A stretch of 64,000 nucleotides of DNA from a virus, in IMG/VR virus record IMGVR_UViG_3300019487_000017. The stretch is one strand, 5' to 3'. Below are positions 63,064-64,000 of this stretch, piece by piece. How positions within the stretch are numbered: position 1 is the first letter of the stretch; each line of letters begins with the position of its first letter. Below the pieces are notes generated by a model. The model did no database searches and was not told the origin of the DNA. It saw only the letters and a program-made list of their open reading frames with translations. The position numbers were made by a program, and so were the translations under genes.

Positions 63064-63801
63064 TTATAGTTCTAAGTCTCCTACAACAAGATTTTTCGTA
63101 CTATTCCAGTCTTTGTCTAATTTGTTTCGTTCTTCAGAAGAGAATTGGTTTGCCTGGTTTTTGAAGTATTCTTGGATTAGTTGATCTTTAATGGGTACAG
63201 AGCAATTAAATTTTTTGCGTGTTAGTTCCCACGGTGTACCAGGTTCATGAGACATATTCGATAATTGAATTGCTGTATAATCTGACAAGACATCCCATAC
63301 TCTATCAACAATCGCTTTTGATTGAATAAATTCATTAAATGTTGTAAAATCTTTGGGTTGACAATGCATGGATGGAATATATGTATTTACTACTTTTTCA
63401 GTAATCTCTTCATTTCCGTAGGGTTTTAGTGCATGATAAAGTGATGGTATAACGGGACCAAAATCCCAAGCTTCCACACATTCATTAATAAGGGGTCTTT
63501 TAGTAACTGCAAGATGCCAACCATGAGCATAATAAACAAGTCTATGCAGTTTCATGGGGGTAAGAGGTTTGTTTTGAGATATACTCAAAACTATTAAATA
63601 GTTTGCTACAGCGGTAGCTTCAAATTTTTCATATGGTGGTATTTTTATCATTTGTTTTAATGTAGATTTTTCTGATACGAGTATATCGTATTGTCTACGT
63701 AGCATAATAACTTTTATTCCTTCATTATGTAGCTGCACTGCTAGATATATTATGAATACAATACAGAAAACGATGATTGATAAGAGTATGATTGTTAACA
63801 T
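63064..63801 (-). CDS. Panacea-domain (DUF4065/SocA/GepA) antitoxin-like protein with an N-terminal TM segment
   Basis: VANYL, LTPMKLHRLVYYAHGW, EAWDFGPVIP-LY, LS-MSH---PW. Confidence 0.85.
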   Translation of the reverse strand: MLTIILLSIIVFCIVFIIYLAVQLHNEGIKVIMLRRQYDILVSEKSTLKQMIKIPPYEKFEATAVANYLIVLSISQNKPLTPMKLHRLVYYAHGWHLAVTKRPLINECVEAWDFGPVIPSLYHALKPYGNEEITEKVVNTYIPSMHCQPKDFTTFNEFIQSKAIVDRVWDVLSDYTAIQLSNMSHEPGTPWELTRKKFNCSVPIKDQLIQEYFKNQANQFSSEERNKLDKDWNSTKNLVVGDLEL

Positions 63802-64000
63802 TTTTAAGAAGTGATATCTGAATCACTTATTGGGAATTGTGACATTGACTTAGCGGGTTCTGTTCTGGCAGTCTTGCTAATGAAACGGCTTAGTTTACCT
63901 TCTGTAAACCTTATGACATAATCAAATGATTTTGCATCTTCGCCATTTTCTGTGTATCGATCATATCCGCCATCAGGATTGGGTGAGCCTCCCACTATAT

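Noticed and set aside
1-64000. Genome-wide stop-codon reassignment
   Set aside because: Long genes are intact under code 11, and TAG and TGA end many genes right before the next RBS. Only one suspicious TAG (35920) was seen.
1-64000. CRISPR array, cas genes, rRNA, integrase or reverse transcriptase
   Set aside because: No regularly spaced direct repeats and no recognisable motifs for these were seen.

Overview
A 64-kb segment of an AT-rich, very large (jumbo or huge) bacteriophage genome. No capsid, tail or polymerase genes are in the window. The host is probably a PVC-group bacterium such as a planctomycete, inferred from a DUF1559-type prepilin-like gene and a planctomycete-style sigma-70 factor. 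Layout: (1) 1-10.7 kb holds + strand auxiliary genes (dihydroorotase, OPRTase, GT2, CYTH). (2) An AT-rich gap at 10.7-11.26 kb carries a sharp GC-skew flip. (3) A tRNA array at 14.9-22.5 kb has about 18 tRNA genes, two PD-(D/E)XK endonucleases, tRNA stubs and a tRNA with two anticodon arms. It is preceded by a leader peptide and terminator/antiterminator whose codons mirror the array. (4) A sigma factor, a ~500-nt highly structured ncRNA, a WGR-PARP and a macrodomain gene follow. (5) About 32 kb of co-oriented small ORFs is saturated with a strand-biased CTCCWG motif and contains several structured RNAs (interrupted tRNA-like genes, a triple hairpin with anti-SD loops). (6) After a convergent junction near 60 kb, mostly minus-strand genes include a Panacea antitoxin and a methyltransferase fragment. 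Family names come from motif recognition by eye, not from database searches, and many small hypothetical ORFs are not listed individually.
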